Assembly (NCBI GenBank): GCA_965249485.1
Contig: OZ252239.1
Coordinates: 64,001 to 128,000 of the forward strand
DNA from: a bacterium
Lineage (GTDB): Bacteria > SM23-31
Reading direction: 5' to 3'
DNA: 64,000 bases
Under the pieces are notes generated by a model. It had not been told where the DNA came from and searched no databases. It was given only the letters and a program-made list of their open reading frames with translations. Positions 10,099-21,395 of the stretch are shown piece by piece. Every line of letters starts with the position of its first letter. The stretch's first letter is position 1. The position numbers and the translations under genes were made by a program.

Positions 10099-11511
10099 TT
10101 ATTTAATGAGAATAAGCTCCTTTTGCGGTGGAGATAAATACTCGACTCCACTCTCGGTGGCTATCGCCTGCTCATGATTCCAGAATAATAAATATTGGTC
10201 TTCGTTTTTATTGGATGTAGGCGACGGCATATAGAAAAAATATTCTAGAACAAAGTGGTGGTTGGATGAGAGTGGTATATCAGAAGTCCAATCCGGACCA
10301 AGTGAACCAATCCTGGGGCCTAAATAAATATCAGGCTTCCTCTTACGCGCTCCTTTTCCCTTGCCATGGCAGTCGATAGCAAGCAGAGTTTTTTCAGGAT
10401 CGTAACCTGCGGCATATACGGGGAAATCGTTCTTTGGCTGAATCATATGGATCATGTTATCCCTAATAATAATCCCTTCCTCCTCAAATTTCTGCGTGTA
10501 ATCTTGAATTATTTCACGAGGGGTACGACCCGCCCTGATGGTTTCTGCAAGGATCTTATCAATTTTCAGATATTCTGCCCAGAGTTTTTTGATTTCCGGA
10601 GGCGGTTCAGTCTCTCCGTCACGGAGCACATAGGCGAACATTCCCTGGCTTGGTGCTGCAAGGATATCGCCTCCCTGGACCACACTGTTTTCCCAACCTG
10701 CACTCCTCCCCCTTTGGGATAATCCTGTACTCATCCGTCGAAAGACAGTTACTCCTCCCCCGCGAGCTTTTGTTACACCCGGTTCGACTTCGGAAAAAGC
10801 TTTCTTTATACTTTCAAGTTCATCCTGACGCATCTTCTTAAGGAGTTCGATTTCGCTCGGCACCGGAGTTATTTGGTAATCCATCATTACATATTCTGAA
10901 GAGACCAGCCTGTTGGTATAAGTATCACCGAGTTCTTTCGTCAAGAGGAGGTAGTCTGTAAACGAAATGCCGTCATTAGTCGTGGTGGAGGACGCAGTCG
11001 GCCACGTTCCCAGGTTTTCCCTGTAATTGACAGCAATGCGTTTGGGGTTACGTGCTTCAACAAATTCTCTGATGCCCTTAAATCGGTAATCATATTCTGT
11101 CATCGGGCTTGAAACCGGTTCCGCCACAAAAACCGGGTCGCCAATTATGTCGTAGGCTCTGCTTTCTTCAACTAAGGTCTTGACCTCTCTTCTTTCACGC
11201 TGTGTAGTTCCCCAGCGACGACCGAGAATCGCACGTTCGATCCTGTCATCGCCACGGTCCGTGAAGATGAAAACACCGGAGGTACTGCCCAGTTCTTCCG
11301 CACCAAATGGATCAGAAATTGCTTCTCTCATCACATGGATCCACATGTCGACATTGTTCTTTTCCATGGCTTGGGGTAGTACTATATCAAACTTATCCCG
11401 GCGTATCTGATTATTCCATTCCCTCAGATCGTCCTCTTCCTGAGCTTGTGCATTGGCAAAAAGTACTGTGAACAGTACAGCAAATAAAAAAATCATACTT
11501 AGAAATTTCAT
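10099..11511 (-). CDS. Secreted M24 family protein, subgroup A
   Basis: Close paralogue of 527..1933 and 52331..53740. Confidence 0.75.
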   Translation of the reverse strand: MKFLSMIFLFAVLFTVLFANAQAQEEDDLREWNNQIRRDKFDIVLPQAMEKNNVDMWIHVMREAISDPFGAEELGSTSGVFIFTDRGDDRIERAILGRRWGTTQRERREVKTLVEESRAYDIIGDPVFVAEPVSSPMTEYDYRFKGIREFVEARNPKRIAVNYRENLGTWPTASSTTTNDGISFTDYLLLTKELGDTYTNRLVSSEYVMMDYQITPVPSEIELLKKMRQDELESIKKAFSEVEPGVTKARGGGVTVFRRMSTGLSQRGRSAGWENSVVQGGDILAAPSQGMFAYVLRDGETEPPPEIKKLWAEYLKIDKILAETIRAGRTPREIIQDYTQKFEEEGIIIRDNMIHMIQPKNDFPVYAAGYDPEKTLLAIDCHGKGKGARKRKPDIYLGPRIGSLGPDWTSDIPLSSNHHFVLEYFFYMPSPTSNKNEDQYLLFWNHEQAIATESGVEYLSPPQKELILIK

Positions 11512-11673
11512 ACAATTCTCCTCCCGTGGTTTAACAAATATTCACCATATCAATTTTCATAAAGAGATTAAATTGAGTTTGTGTTGAAATATGACGCTTT
11601 TTTAGATGTGATATACTTCGTCAGAATGTATTGAAAATTATGATATATATGTGGCTTTTACAAGTTATTTTTC

Positions 11674-11695
11674 CTCTTCGGATAGGATACGAATT
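11674..11695 (+). repeat. Cassette-boundary repeat, tRNA-like variant
   Basis: ctcttcggataggatacgaatt, at the usual position after the ttttacaag element. Confidence 0.55.
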
Positions 11696-11745
11696 ATGTA
11701 ACGAAAAGAGACTATTTCGTGGATGTAAAGGTCACCGGTTCCATT

Positions 11746-13887
11746 TTACTCCGGAAGGGCAAAAGCGACGTATAGTGCGCCGGAAGGTTGAGACGCTGAG
11801 TATAACCCTTTACCACCGCCTGCAGCAACCACAATGAATTGCCGGCCATCGACTTCATAAATTGCAGGTGTGGCAATCGCCGCGTAGGGCAGTGTAGTTT
11901 CCCACAGTAGTTCTCCGGTCAATTTATCAAAGGCATGAAATTTATTGTCAAAGACAGTAGCGCCAATAAAGAGGAGCCCTCCCGCAGTAACGACGGGGCC
12001 GCCGTAATTTTCTGAGCCGGTATTTGTCATTCCCTGTTCGGCCAACTCCGGATACTCTCCAAATGGGATCTGCCATCGGTATTCTCCCGTGTCGAGGTCA
12101 AGGGCGTTAAGCGTTCCCCATGGAGGTTTCATAGCAGGGTAACCATCGGGATCGAGGAACTTTTCATAACCCGCAAAGAGGTACTTCAACTCATAAGGAA
12201 AACGAATATTCCTGCCACGATCCACTTCCTTTTCCTCACCATAGAGCACATATCGGGTGATCGCTTCGAGTTCCGTTTCCGACAGATAGGAATAAGCAGG
12301 CATTCGCCCTGCACCATTGACAGTGAACTCGATGAAATCCTCCTGGTCATAAATTTCGGATATATCGAGAAGTGACGGGAAATTTGGCGGTGATCCGCTC
12401 ATATCGGTTTTATGGCAACTCGCACAATTGGATTCGTACAGTTCCCGGCTGTTTGTTCTTGTATTCCATACAGTGTTTTCCACAAGTTTAAGTAGAAAGG
12501 CCATTTCATTGGAATTAACGTAAAGCAGTCCGGTTTCGGGATCGAATGCAGGGCCACCCCATTCCGGACCCCCGTCTAAGCCAGGAAAAATAATGGTGCC
12601 CTTTGTTGAAGGTGGTGTAAATTGGGGGCCACTATCTATTGCCCGGAGCCGCTCTAAGACGTCATCGTGGGCGGCGGAGGTACGGACGGGTAACCATGTC
12701 TTCCGTAAAGATCTGCCTGGCGAACGGCGCTGGTTCCAGCGGCATAATTTGCGTCTCTGAGAGGACTTCACCTTCCACATCCGAAGGAGGTACATGTATT
12801 TCTTCCAAGGGGAAAAGGGACTCGCCCGTTTCCCGGTCGAATACAAGGACATTCCCGTATTTTGATGGTTGTGCGACTGCATCGATCAGTTGACCGTCAC
12901 GCTTTACAGTGACAAGTGCGGGAGGAGTCGGGAAATCACGATCCCAGACATCGTGTTTAACCAGTTGAAAATACCAGACGAGTTCTCCGGTATCTGCTTT
13001 GAGTGCGAGGAGACAGTCGGCATAGAGGTTGTCTCCGATGCGGTTGGCGCCATAAAATCGGATGCTGCTGACCCCGTAGGAACAAAAACAAGACCACGTT
13101 CTTCATCCAGGCTCATTCCACCCCAGCTGTTGGCACCGCCTATGTAGAGCCAGGCATCTTCAGGACAGGTTTCATATCCCGGTTCACCCGGATGAGGAAT
13201 AGTATGAAACGACCAGCGAAGTTCCCCTGTGCGAACATCGTATGCACGTATATCACCCGGTGGTGCAGGGAGACTTTCGCTGACCCTGCTTCCCATAATA
13301 ATCAAATCTTTATAAATGACGCCAGGACTGGAAGTGGTAATGGAAACCTCTTCTACGGGGCGACCCAGGTTTTCGCGCAAGTCCACCCGTCCGTCGTTAC
13401 CGAAATTGGCAACCGGCTCACCCGTAATTGCATCAAGCGCATAGAGATAATTCTTAAAATTGGTGAAAATTCGTTTGTCCGTACCGTCAGTCCAATAGCT
13501 GACGCCCCTGAGCATAATGAGCCCGCGTACCTCTTCGCCATTTGAAGGATCGAAACTCCATACCAGTTCACCGGTGGCTGCGTTCAAAGCGAATGCTTTT
13601 CGTTTGGGAGTGGCGGAATAGAGCATGTCCCCGATAATAATGGGATTGGATTGCAATTCAGACTCGGGATAGGCATCCTCGGAATCGTAAGTCCAGGCAA
13701 CTTCAAGACGGTGGACGTTGCTGCGATTTATCTGGTCGAGCCGGGAATAGTGACTGAAACCGGCATCTCCGCCGTAGACGTTCCAGGTCTCGTACCCCGT
13801 TTCAGGTACCTCACGTTCCTGACCTCCGCAGCTTATAAGAATAAACAAAGGGAAAAGCATCGAACTCAATCGTCGGAGAAGAATCAT
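11746..13887 (-). pseudogene. PQQ-dependent (glucose/quinate-type) dehydrogenase with internal cytochrome c domain, frameshifted
   Basis: Paralogue of 17801..19930; -1 indel at ~13055 and +1 indel at ~12689; CASCH haem motif. Confidence 0.8.
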
Positions 13888-14330
13888 GATTTCAGGCCTC
13901 GATCATTGGGATGATGTGTTGATTAATGAGCTATTATCTGATAATCCTTAGTATCAATACTCTGAATTCACTAATAATATTAACGAATTATTAATAACGT
14001 GCTCTTCGTATATCTCCAGAACATTTCGGACAAAATACTGCTAAATATAATGAATAATTATTTCATATTATAGAGAATATTCTATTCGGAGAGCAACATT
14101 TTGAAGTTGACCTCCTCCTGTGAGTAACATTGAGACAAAAGCGGCATGTCCGGGAGATTTGCTTGTTATTGAAACTGAAGAATCGGATTCTGTCTCACGA
14201 GGTTTTACCAGAATTTCTTTTGTATTTAAAGATGGAATTGTCATCCGATGATTGTATGTCGTCGGAACAAGTCGATCACTTTGAGTTCAATATTAAGAGA
14301 TACATTTCTGCTTTTACAATGTGTTTCCTA

Positions 14331-14360
14331 CTCCTCGGGCTGTACGATATGCGAACCTTT
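14331..14360 (+). repeat. Cassette-boundary repeat
   Basis: ctcctcgggctgtacgatatgcgaaccttt. Confidence 0.92.
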
Positions 14361-14384
14361 AGGTTTGAGTTTCTGCCATGTATT

Positions 14385-15197
14385 TTACGGATATCCCTGA
14401 ATCGTAAACGTTTGACCCATGTAGTTTTTATCTGGCAACACAGTTGGTAACTTATACTGCGGATCGGTGAGCAATGCATACACAGCAGGGTCGCCGGTTT
14501 GCACTAGCTCTTTCGTTCTCAAATCCCATTGATCTTTTCCCCGCTCGAACGTCCCGTGATAGTCCTGTCCTCCCAGAATAGAGGTGAACGCCCAGTGAAG
14601 ATACTCGCCTATCTGGCATCTATAATGACATGTTTCGTCATAATAGGTGTGCCATGCCTCGTCGGGATACTTCTCCGGGACATCTTCAAAATATCCCCCT
14701 CTCGCCCCTTCCGAAGCCTTTGCTGCTAGGGTCCCACGTTTTCTGCCAAATGCCGAAGGATAAGCACCTTCCCATCCATAGTTAGTTATCAGGTGTAGGA
14801 CCTCTTCCAATGAGGCGTCGTATTTGCCCTGAGTAGAACCATTCGGAAATGTTTCCGTGTCCCAAAGATCCTGTTTGGGCCCGGGTGGAAGAGCATCCTT
14901 ATCAGCTGAACGTAAGTCTTGACTGGTCCTGCCCATGGTTATAGCTGTATTCTTGCTCACCATTGCATCGACGATTCTTTGATTGTCAGGTATTCCATCC
15001 TCGTCATTATCCAGGTATTGAGCCATTACATTCGCGGCATGGAGAATTTTATCATCACCTGTCGTCGAGGTTGCGTAAATGTGAATACCAAATACCTCAA
15101 CCTGTTTGGTGAAGGGATTTGTTGCTGTACTGTTAGAGCTGCAATTCACACATGCTAAAACTAAAAGTACAACCAATATCGTTGTTAGAAATTTCAT
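14385..15197 (-). CDS. Lipoprotein, paralogue of 7407..8216
   Basis: LEEVLHLIT; GGAGGT RBS before ATG at 15197. Confidence 0.6.
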   Translation of the reverse strand: MKFLTTILVVLLVLACVNCSSNSTATNPFTKQVEVFGIHIYATSTTGDDKILHAANVMAQYLDNDEDGIPDNQRIVDAMVSKNTAITMGRTSQDLRSADKDALPPGPKQDLWDTETFPNGSTQGKYDASLEEVLHLITNYGWEGAYPSAFGRKRGTLAAKASEGARGGYFEDVPEKYPDEAWHTYYDETCHYRCQIGEYLHWAFTSILGGQDYHGTFERGKDQWDLRTKELVQTGDPAVYALLTDPQYKLPTVLPDKNYMGQTFTIQGYP

Positions 15198-15346
15198 AAA
15201 AACCTCCACTTAATTAAGACATACATTCTCAATAACTTTTTGACAGGTCACCGATAACTTAATAATATACAAATACTTCTTGAAATGTTATGACCTTAAA
15301 AATAATAGTAAATGACAATCATTTTATACTTGATACCTTTCTTGCC

Positions 15347-16440
15347 TTATACAACTTCAAATCTGGGGAAATTATCGGTCGATTTGATATCGATTTTCAG
15401 GTCTGATTGTTTTGTGATAAAGATACTTTCGGCATTTTTCTGGTACTGGACAAACAGATAACCGCTTTGTTGACCCTTAAGGAACGCAGTGGTAGAAAGA
15501 GCATCTGCTTCCATTGACGTTGAGGCAACAATCGTAGCACTCAACATCGGGTTTGACGGATTCCCAGTCCTGGGGTCAAACAATTGTCCATAGCGCCTGC
15601 CATTTACCCTGATAAAGTTTTCATAGTTGCCGGATGTGGCAATAGCCTTATCCCGGATATGAACGGTGGCAGCAAGCTTTTCAGGGTACTGAGGATGTTG
15701 AATACCAATATGCCAGCCTTCCTCTCCATTCGGTGCTCCAATGGCAAAAATATCACCACCAGCATTAATGATAGCTTTTTGAATACCATGCGAACGGAGT
15801 ATATACACCGCTCTATCAACTGCGTACCCTTTCGCAATTCCGCCCAGGTCTATCTGTGCTCCGGAGGATTCCAATCCAATCAGTTGCTTCTCATTATCCA
15901 CAAATATCTGTCGATAATTAATTTTAGAAAGAAGTTCCGCCACCTGCTCAGGTTCGGGAATCCGTGTGAGATTACTCCGGTTATTCCGGAATCCATACGC
16001 TTTAAGGAGCGGAAGAATAGTAATGTCAAAAACGCCGTCGCTTCTGTCTCCCATTAATTTTGCCGCCTCAACCACTTCACATACCAGCGGGTCCACCGTA
16101 AGATTCTTACTGCCTGCATACCTACTTACTCCCGGAAACATCACTCTCCTCAGTAAAGGTACTCATCAATGTTTCGATATTCCGAAACTCATCAAACGCC
16201 CGTTTAAGGACGGGATTACAATCCTTTTCTTTTTGATCATAAATGGAGATTGTGACAACCGTTCCCATAGAAAATATGGGTTCTTTAACCGGTTCTTCAT
16301 CCGGGGGTGCCAGAAGGTATAGAAGCCGCTCTCCCAGTTGCATATGAAGAGTTAACAGTGCGAGCGTTGTTCCTCCCGCCGCTACGGAAAGAGAATATTT
16401 TCAAAAATGTTCTCCGATCCCATGTTTTTTCTAATAACAT
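15347..16440 (-). pseudogene. apbE: FAD:protein FMN transferase ApbE with Tat signal, two frameshifts
   Basis: DRRTFLK Tat motif from ATG 16440; MGT, FDITI, IDLGGIAKGYAVD, AIATSGNYE, ADALSTT; frame breaks at ~16386 and ~16131. Confidence 0.85.
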
Positions 16441-16593
16441 GTTCTATCCCCTTTTTTCTGTTCCAGTGTTAAGAACGCAATATATTATTTCTCTTTTATA
16501 TTGGTGTTTTTAATGTTGCAGTTTTCAGGTACTTTTTTTAAAGATTTTTCTAATTATTGTAATTTTTACTAATTTCCCTATACTGTGTTCACG

Positions 16594-17520
16594 CTAAACG
16601 TCACATATTTGAATCGCTTGTTCCAACGATTTTATCGGGTCTCTCTTGGGGATGAACTCTTGAGCGACATAACCGTCGAAATCCGTTTCGGCAATTGCAC
16701 GCATGATCGCAGCATAATTGAGCTCCTGAGTCTCGTCAATTTCGTTGCGGCCCGGTACACCTCCCGTGTGGAAGTGACCGATATACTCGATATTGTCCCT
16801 GATGGTTCTGATAATATCGCCTTCCATAATCTGCATGTGATAGATGTCGTAAAGGAGCTTGAGACGGGGTGAAGCGACACGTTTGCATAATTGGACACCC
16901 CAGTCTGTGTTATCGCACATGTAGTCTATGTGTTCCAGTTTACTATTGAGCAGTTCTATGCAGATCGTCACGCCCTTTTTTTCCGCCAGACCGACAACCT
17001 GTTCAAGACCCTTGGCGCAGTTTTCCAGTCCTTCATCATCCGGCATACCCTCACGGTTGCCCGAGAAACAGAGAACATTCGGGAAACCGGCCTCAGATGC
17101 TGCTTCGATACCTTCTCTGATCCCGTTTAGACAATAATCATGATTCTCAATGTGATTGAGACCCTTCTCGATACTATGAGTTACAATCATTGCGCAAATG
17201 AGTCCATTTTTCTTGAGAACCGGCCAGTCTCTTGGATTAACATCAAGCTCTATTGACTTTATTCCTATCCGGGCAGAATTCTCAGCAAGCTCTTCAATTG
17301 AAATATTTTCATAGCACCATTGACTTACAGAATGTTTAATGTTGCCTTTCAGCGGCATTGATGTCCGAGTCTTGCCTATTGCCGCTACTGTTCCTTTATT
17401 CAGACCCATCGTTGCAGCAACTGCCGCCCCTCCAGCTGTCTTCAAAAGTTTACGCCGGCTAATTTTATTCTGACTATCATGAATTCTACGCGTATCATTA
17501 TGGTGTTTTTTGTTGTACAT
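16594..17520 (-). CDS. Tat-exported hydroxypyruvate-isomerase-like TIM barrel protein (AP endonuclease 2 fold)
   Basis: SRRKLLK; IELLNS, LLYDIYHMQIMEGD, HFHTGGVPGRNEID. Confidence 0.85.
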   Translation of the reverse strand: MYNKKHHNDTRRIHDSQNKISRRKLLKTAGGAAVAATMGLNKGTVAAIGKTRTSMPLKGNIKHSVSQWCYENISIEELAENSARIGIKSIELDVNPRDWPVLKKNGLICAMIVTHSIEKGLNHIENHDYCLNGIREGIEAASEAGFPNVLCFSGNREGMPDDEGLENCAKGLEQVVGLAEKKGVTICIELLNSKLEHIDYMCDNTDWGVQLCKRVASPRLKLLYDIYHMQIMEGDIIRTIRDNIEYIGHFHTGGVPGRNEIDETQELNYAAIMRAIAETDFDGYVAQEFIPKRDPIKSLEQAIQICDV

Positions 17521-17695
17521 GGATTATTCCCTCCCTCATTTTTTGTCCCGTTATGTGCCTCGAAGTAAAAAATGCTATCGTAAGTCTGGTATTTCCCATA
17601 GTAACTCTCTACAAGAGATTTATTGGGATTGTGTTAAAATTTGAAGCTTTTTTAAGATGTGAATTGCTACGTCAGAGCGTATTGCTTTAAAATAA

Positions 17696-17724
17696 ATAGT
17701 AAGTTATCAATTTAGATTATACAA
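17696..17724 (-). promoter_or_regulatory. sigma70-like promoter next to the repeat
   Basis: TTGTAT-17bp-TACTAT. Confidence 0.55.
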
Positions 17725-17735
17725 GTAATTTCTAA

Positions 17736-17755
17736 TCCCCGGATAAGATACGAAC
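17736..17755 (+). repeat. Cassette-boundary repeat, tRNA-like variant
   Basis: tccccggataagatacgaac. Confidence 0.55.
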
Positions 17756-17800
17756 AACGCAATGATAAGGAATATTTTACGTATGTATGGGTCACCGTTT

Positions 17801-19930
17801 TCATTCAGGAAGCGCAAAAGCGACGTATAACGCGCTCGAAGGTTGAGGCCCTTTGCCGCCACCTGCGGCAACAACGATGAACTGCCGGCCATCCACCTCG
17901 TACGTTGCCGGTGTGGCGTTTACGGCGTTGGGCAGCGTGGTTTCCCACAGCAATTCTCCGGTCAATTTGTCAAAGGCTCGAAACTTATTATCATATACGG
18001 TAGCACCAATAAAGAGTAATCCCCCTGCGGTGACAACAGGGCCGCCGTAATTTTCCGAGCCGGTATTTGTCATCCCCTGTGCCACCAATTCCGGATACTC
18101 TCCTAAGGGGATCTGCCACCAGTATTCACCCGTGTCGAGGTCAAGGGCGTTGAGCGTTCCCCACGGAGGTTTCACAGCGGGGTATCCGTCGGGATCAAGG
18201 AATTTTTCATAGCCGGCAAAAAGGTACTTCAATTCATACGGAGAACGTATATTCCTTCCGCGGTCTACTTCCTTTTCTTCACCGTAGAGCACATAACGGG
18301 TGATCACTTCAAGTTCCGTTTCCGACAGATAGGAAAAAGCGGGCATGCGCCCTCCACCAAAGATAGTAAAATTAATAAAATCCTCTTGGTCATAAATTTC
18401 GGACAAGTCAAGAAGTGGTGGAAAGTTCGGGGGAAAGCCTTTCATATCGGTTTTATGGCAGCTCGCGCAATTGGTTTCGTACAACTCCCGGCTGTTTGTC
18501 TTTCTGTTCCATACCGTATTTTCCACAAGCTTGAGTATCCAGGCCATTTCATTGGAATTAACGTAAAGCAGTCCGGTTTCAGGATCGAATGCCGGGCCGC
18601 CCCATTCGGGGCCGCCGTCATACCCGGGAAAAATTATGGCGCCCTTCGTTGAAGGCGGCGTGAATTGAGGGCCGCTCTCCACTGACCTGAACCGTATTAA
18701 TACGTCATCATGAGCGGCAGGGGTACGGTCGGTAACCATGTCTTCTGTAAAGACCTGCCTGGCGAGCGGTTGAGGTTCCAGCGGCATGATTTGTGTCTCC
18801 GAGAGGACTTCACCTTCCACATTCGAAGGAGGTACGGTTATTTCTTCCAAAGGAAAAAGCGACTCGCCTGTCTCGCGGTCGAATACAAGGACATTTCCGT
18901 ATTTTGACGGCTGTGCAACTGCGTCTATCAGTTGACCGTCACGTTCCACGGTGACAAGAGCGGGTGGTGTCGGCAGATCACGGTCCCAGACATCGTGTTT
19001 CACCAGTTGAAAATACCAGACGAGTTCTCCGGTATCGGCATTGAGTGCGAGAAGACAGTCGGCATAAAGGTTATCACCGACTCGGTTGGCACCGTAAAAA
19101 TCAGATGCTGCAGACCCCGTGGGTACAAATACAAGACCGCGTTCTTCATCCAGGCTCATCCCGGCCCAACTGTTGGCACCGCCAATGTAGAGCCAGGCAT
19201 CTTCGGGCCAGGTTTCATATCCCGGTTCACCGGGATGAGGAATAGTATGGAACGTCCAGCGGAGATTCCCGGTGCGAACGTCGTATGCACGTATATCTCC
19301 CGGCGGTGCTGGAAGGCTTTCGCTCACCCGGCCTCCCATAATAATCAAATCTTTATAGATGACACCCGGGCTGGTTGTGGTAATTGAGACCTCTTCTACG
19401 GGGCGCCCCAGGTTTTCACGCAAATCCAAGCGTCCGCCGTCACCGAAGCCGGCAGCCGGTTCACCAGTCATGGCATCGAGCGCGTAAAGATAATACATAT
19501 AATTGGTGAAAATTCGTTCGTCCGTACCGTCAGTCCAGTAGCTGACACCCCTGAACGCATTAATTCCGCGAACCTCTTCCCCATTCGAAGGATCGAAACT
19601 CCATAGCAATTCCCCGGTGGCCGCGTTCAATGCGAATGTTTTGCGTTGGGGAGTGGCCGAATAGAGAATGTTCCCGATAATAATTGGGTTGGTTTGCAAT
19701 TCGGAATTTTGAAAGGCATCACCGGAATCATAAGTCCAGGTAACTTCAAGTTGATGGACGTTACTGCGGTTTATCTGGTCGAGCCGGGAATAGTGGGTGA
19801 AACCCGCATCCCCGCCATAGACGCTCCAGGTATCGTATCCTGCTCCAGGTATCTCACGTTCCTGACCTCCGCAACTTATAAGGACAATCAGAGGGAAAAG
19901 CATCGAACTCATTCGTCGGAGAAGAATCAT
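17801..19930 (-). CDS. PQQ-dependent dehydrogenase with internal cytochrome c domain, lipoprotein
   Basis: PQQ beta-propeller motifs (ALNA.TGE..W, HDVWDRD, GGPVVTAGGLLF), CASCH. Confidence 0.9.
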   Translation of the reverse strand: MILLRRMSSMLFPLIVLISCGGQEREIPGAGYDTWSVYGGDAGFTHYSRLDQINRSNVHQLEVTWTYDSGDAFQNSELQTNPIIIGNILYSATPQRKTFALNAATGELLWSFDPSNGEEVRGINAFRGVSYWTDGTDERIFTNYMYYLYALDAMTGEPAAGFGDGGRLDLRENLGRPVEEVSITTTSPGVIYKDLIIMGGRVSESLPAPPGDIRAYDVRTGNLRWTFHTIPHPGEPGYETWPEDAWLYIGGANSWAGMSLDEERGLVFVPTGSAASDFYGANRVGDNLYADCLLALNADTGELVWYFQLVKHDVWDRDLPTPPALVTVERDGQLIDAVAQPSKYGNVLVFDRETGESLFPLEEITVPPSNVEGEVLSETQIMPLEPQPLARQVFTEDMVTDRTPAAHDDVLIRFRSVESGPQFTPPSTKGAIIFPGYDGGPEWGGPAFDPETGLLYVNSNEMAWILKLVENTVWNRKTNSRELYETNCASCHKTDMKGFPPNFPPLLDLSEIYDQEDFINFTIFGGGRMPAFSYLSETELEVITRYVLYGEEKEVDRGRNIRSPYELKYLFAGYEKFLDPDGYPAVKPPWGTLNALDLDTGEYWWQIPLGEYPELVAQGMTNTGSENYGGPVVTAGGLLFIGATVYDNKFRAFDKLTGELLWETTLPNAVNATPATYEVDGRQFIVVAAGGGKGPQPSSALYVAFALPE

Positions 19931-20070
19931 GATTTCAGGCCTCCTTTATGCGTGTAATGTATCGATTTCATTAAATTGAACAACACGTCATTGCTATCTC
20001 TTTATTCTTTTAATCTAACGATGGATTGCATATTCTTTCCGGTAAACTTGAAAGGCAAGGTATAATTAAA

Positions 20071-21024
20071 TCAATTTGTCTGAGGCAATGCAGTCTGTTT
20101 CAAATACGTATCCGGTATTGCTTCTAATCCACGTATTTCAATGTTGCGGTAGAAGATTTCAGCACCCTCCGATTGAAATTCAATCTTCCCGCGCGTTAAA
20201 GGCAGATAATTATCATCATCCAGCCAGTTTTTTGCATTCTCCAAAACCATAACCACATGACCATTGACAATATGAAGGCTCGTGTCTCCCAAACAAATTA
20301 ACTCGATAGTATTCCATTCCCCATGAGGTTTTTCATAATCGAATATTCTTCGACCTCTATTCGGTTCAAATTGGTCTCCGGTTCTAAACATCCTGTGTTC
20401 TGCGGTCGGACTATAAATCCACTGAATATCTCCATAAAAATAATCACCAGGACGATCTTCCCTGGTTTCCGATGATCTGATATCCATACTAACTCCAACC
20501 AGAGGATGAAAGTCCCCGACATCACCTTCCTGAACCTGCATTTCCGGTGCTTTCATCCAAACATTCCAGAACTGGCCGTATGGTTCCTGAGCATGATACA
20601 GTATCCCACTATCCCTTCTTCTCTCTAACCGCGGTTCATACTTTTTATCACCCCATTTGAATTCCATTTTCAAATGGTAATTTTCAAATATCTCTTTTGT
20701 GCTTAGTCCACCATAAATCTCGCCAGATATATGAAGTACGGGAGTTCCGTCCAATTCCTCAACCGTAAAGACGTTTAAAGGGTCCTTATTCAAGCCGATC
20801 GGTGTTCCGTGCATGCCATCTCCTTTAGGATACCCGGTAAGATCAACGCTCGTATGAGGAAAACCCATGAAAATATTCCACTTGCTTAAGTCTTTGTCAA
20901 GCAGTGTTATCCAGTTATTTCTTGCTTCTATGTGCGATTTGTCCGAACCACAACCGACTAAGGTTCCGCATAGGGAAGCTATAAATACGATTAGTAGAGG
21001 ATAGACCCACCTGATTTTATACAT
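20071..21024 (-). CDS. DUF1080 / 3-keto-disaccharide hydrolase family lipoprotein
   Basis: FENYHLKMEFKWG, RDSGILYH, EMQVQEGD.GD, GEWNTIE, QSEGAEIFYRNI. Confidence 0.85.
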   Translation of the reverse strand: MYKIRWVYPLLIVFIASLCGTLVGCGSDKSHIEARNNWITLLDKDLSKWNIFMGFPHTSVDLTGYPKGDGMHGTPIGLNKDPLNVFTVEELDGTPVLHISGEIYGGLSTKEIFENYHLKMEFKWGDKKYEPRLERRRDSGILYHAQEPYGQFWNVWMKAPEMQVQEGDVGDFHPLVGVSMDIRSSETREDRPGDYFYGDIQWIYSPTAEHRMFRTGDQFEPNRGRRIFDYEKPHGEWNTIELICLGDTSLHIVNGHVVMVLENAKNWLDDDNYLPLTRGKIEFQSEGAEIFYRNIEIRGLEAIPDTYLKQTALPQTN

Positions 21025-21153
21025 AGTTGTAAATCTCCTAATTTTTCATTAGAATTGAGAGTTATAATCAAGGTATTCTTGGGATAACGGAATTAAATAT
21101 TCGGACTCATTGAGATAAAACTAATGAAAACGTATTGTATTTACAAGTATAAT

Positions 21154-21247
21154 CTACCCCCGGACAGAACGAAACTCGAACAGTAGAATACTATTTAAAT
21201 TCTTAAATGAGAATCACCTCCCCGGATTGTATGACCAGCGATCCTTT
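21154..21247 (+). repeat. Two degenerate cassette-boundary repeats in tandem
   Basis: ctacccccggacagaacgaaactcgaac (21154-21181) and ctccccggattgtatgaccagcgatccttt (21218-21247). Confidence 0.55.
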
Positions 21248-21395
21248 AGATTTATAATCACTCAACAAAATATAGTAACTTTGTAATACTATTGATTTAT
21301 TTATATATTTTTGCTAAATTTTCTTCATATAAACAAAAATTCCATTCCGCTTATAATACCGTGACTTCTTTATATAGAACACGTGGAGGTTTACT

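Noticed and set aside
14331..14360. Repeat as group II intron domain V relic (antisense GTACG..TGCGA..CTTT similarity)
   Set aside because: The pairing half with the AGC/CGC triad is absent and there is no RT or intron body; similarity is too short.
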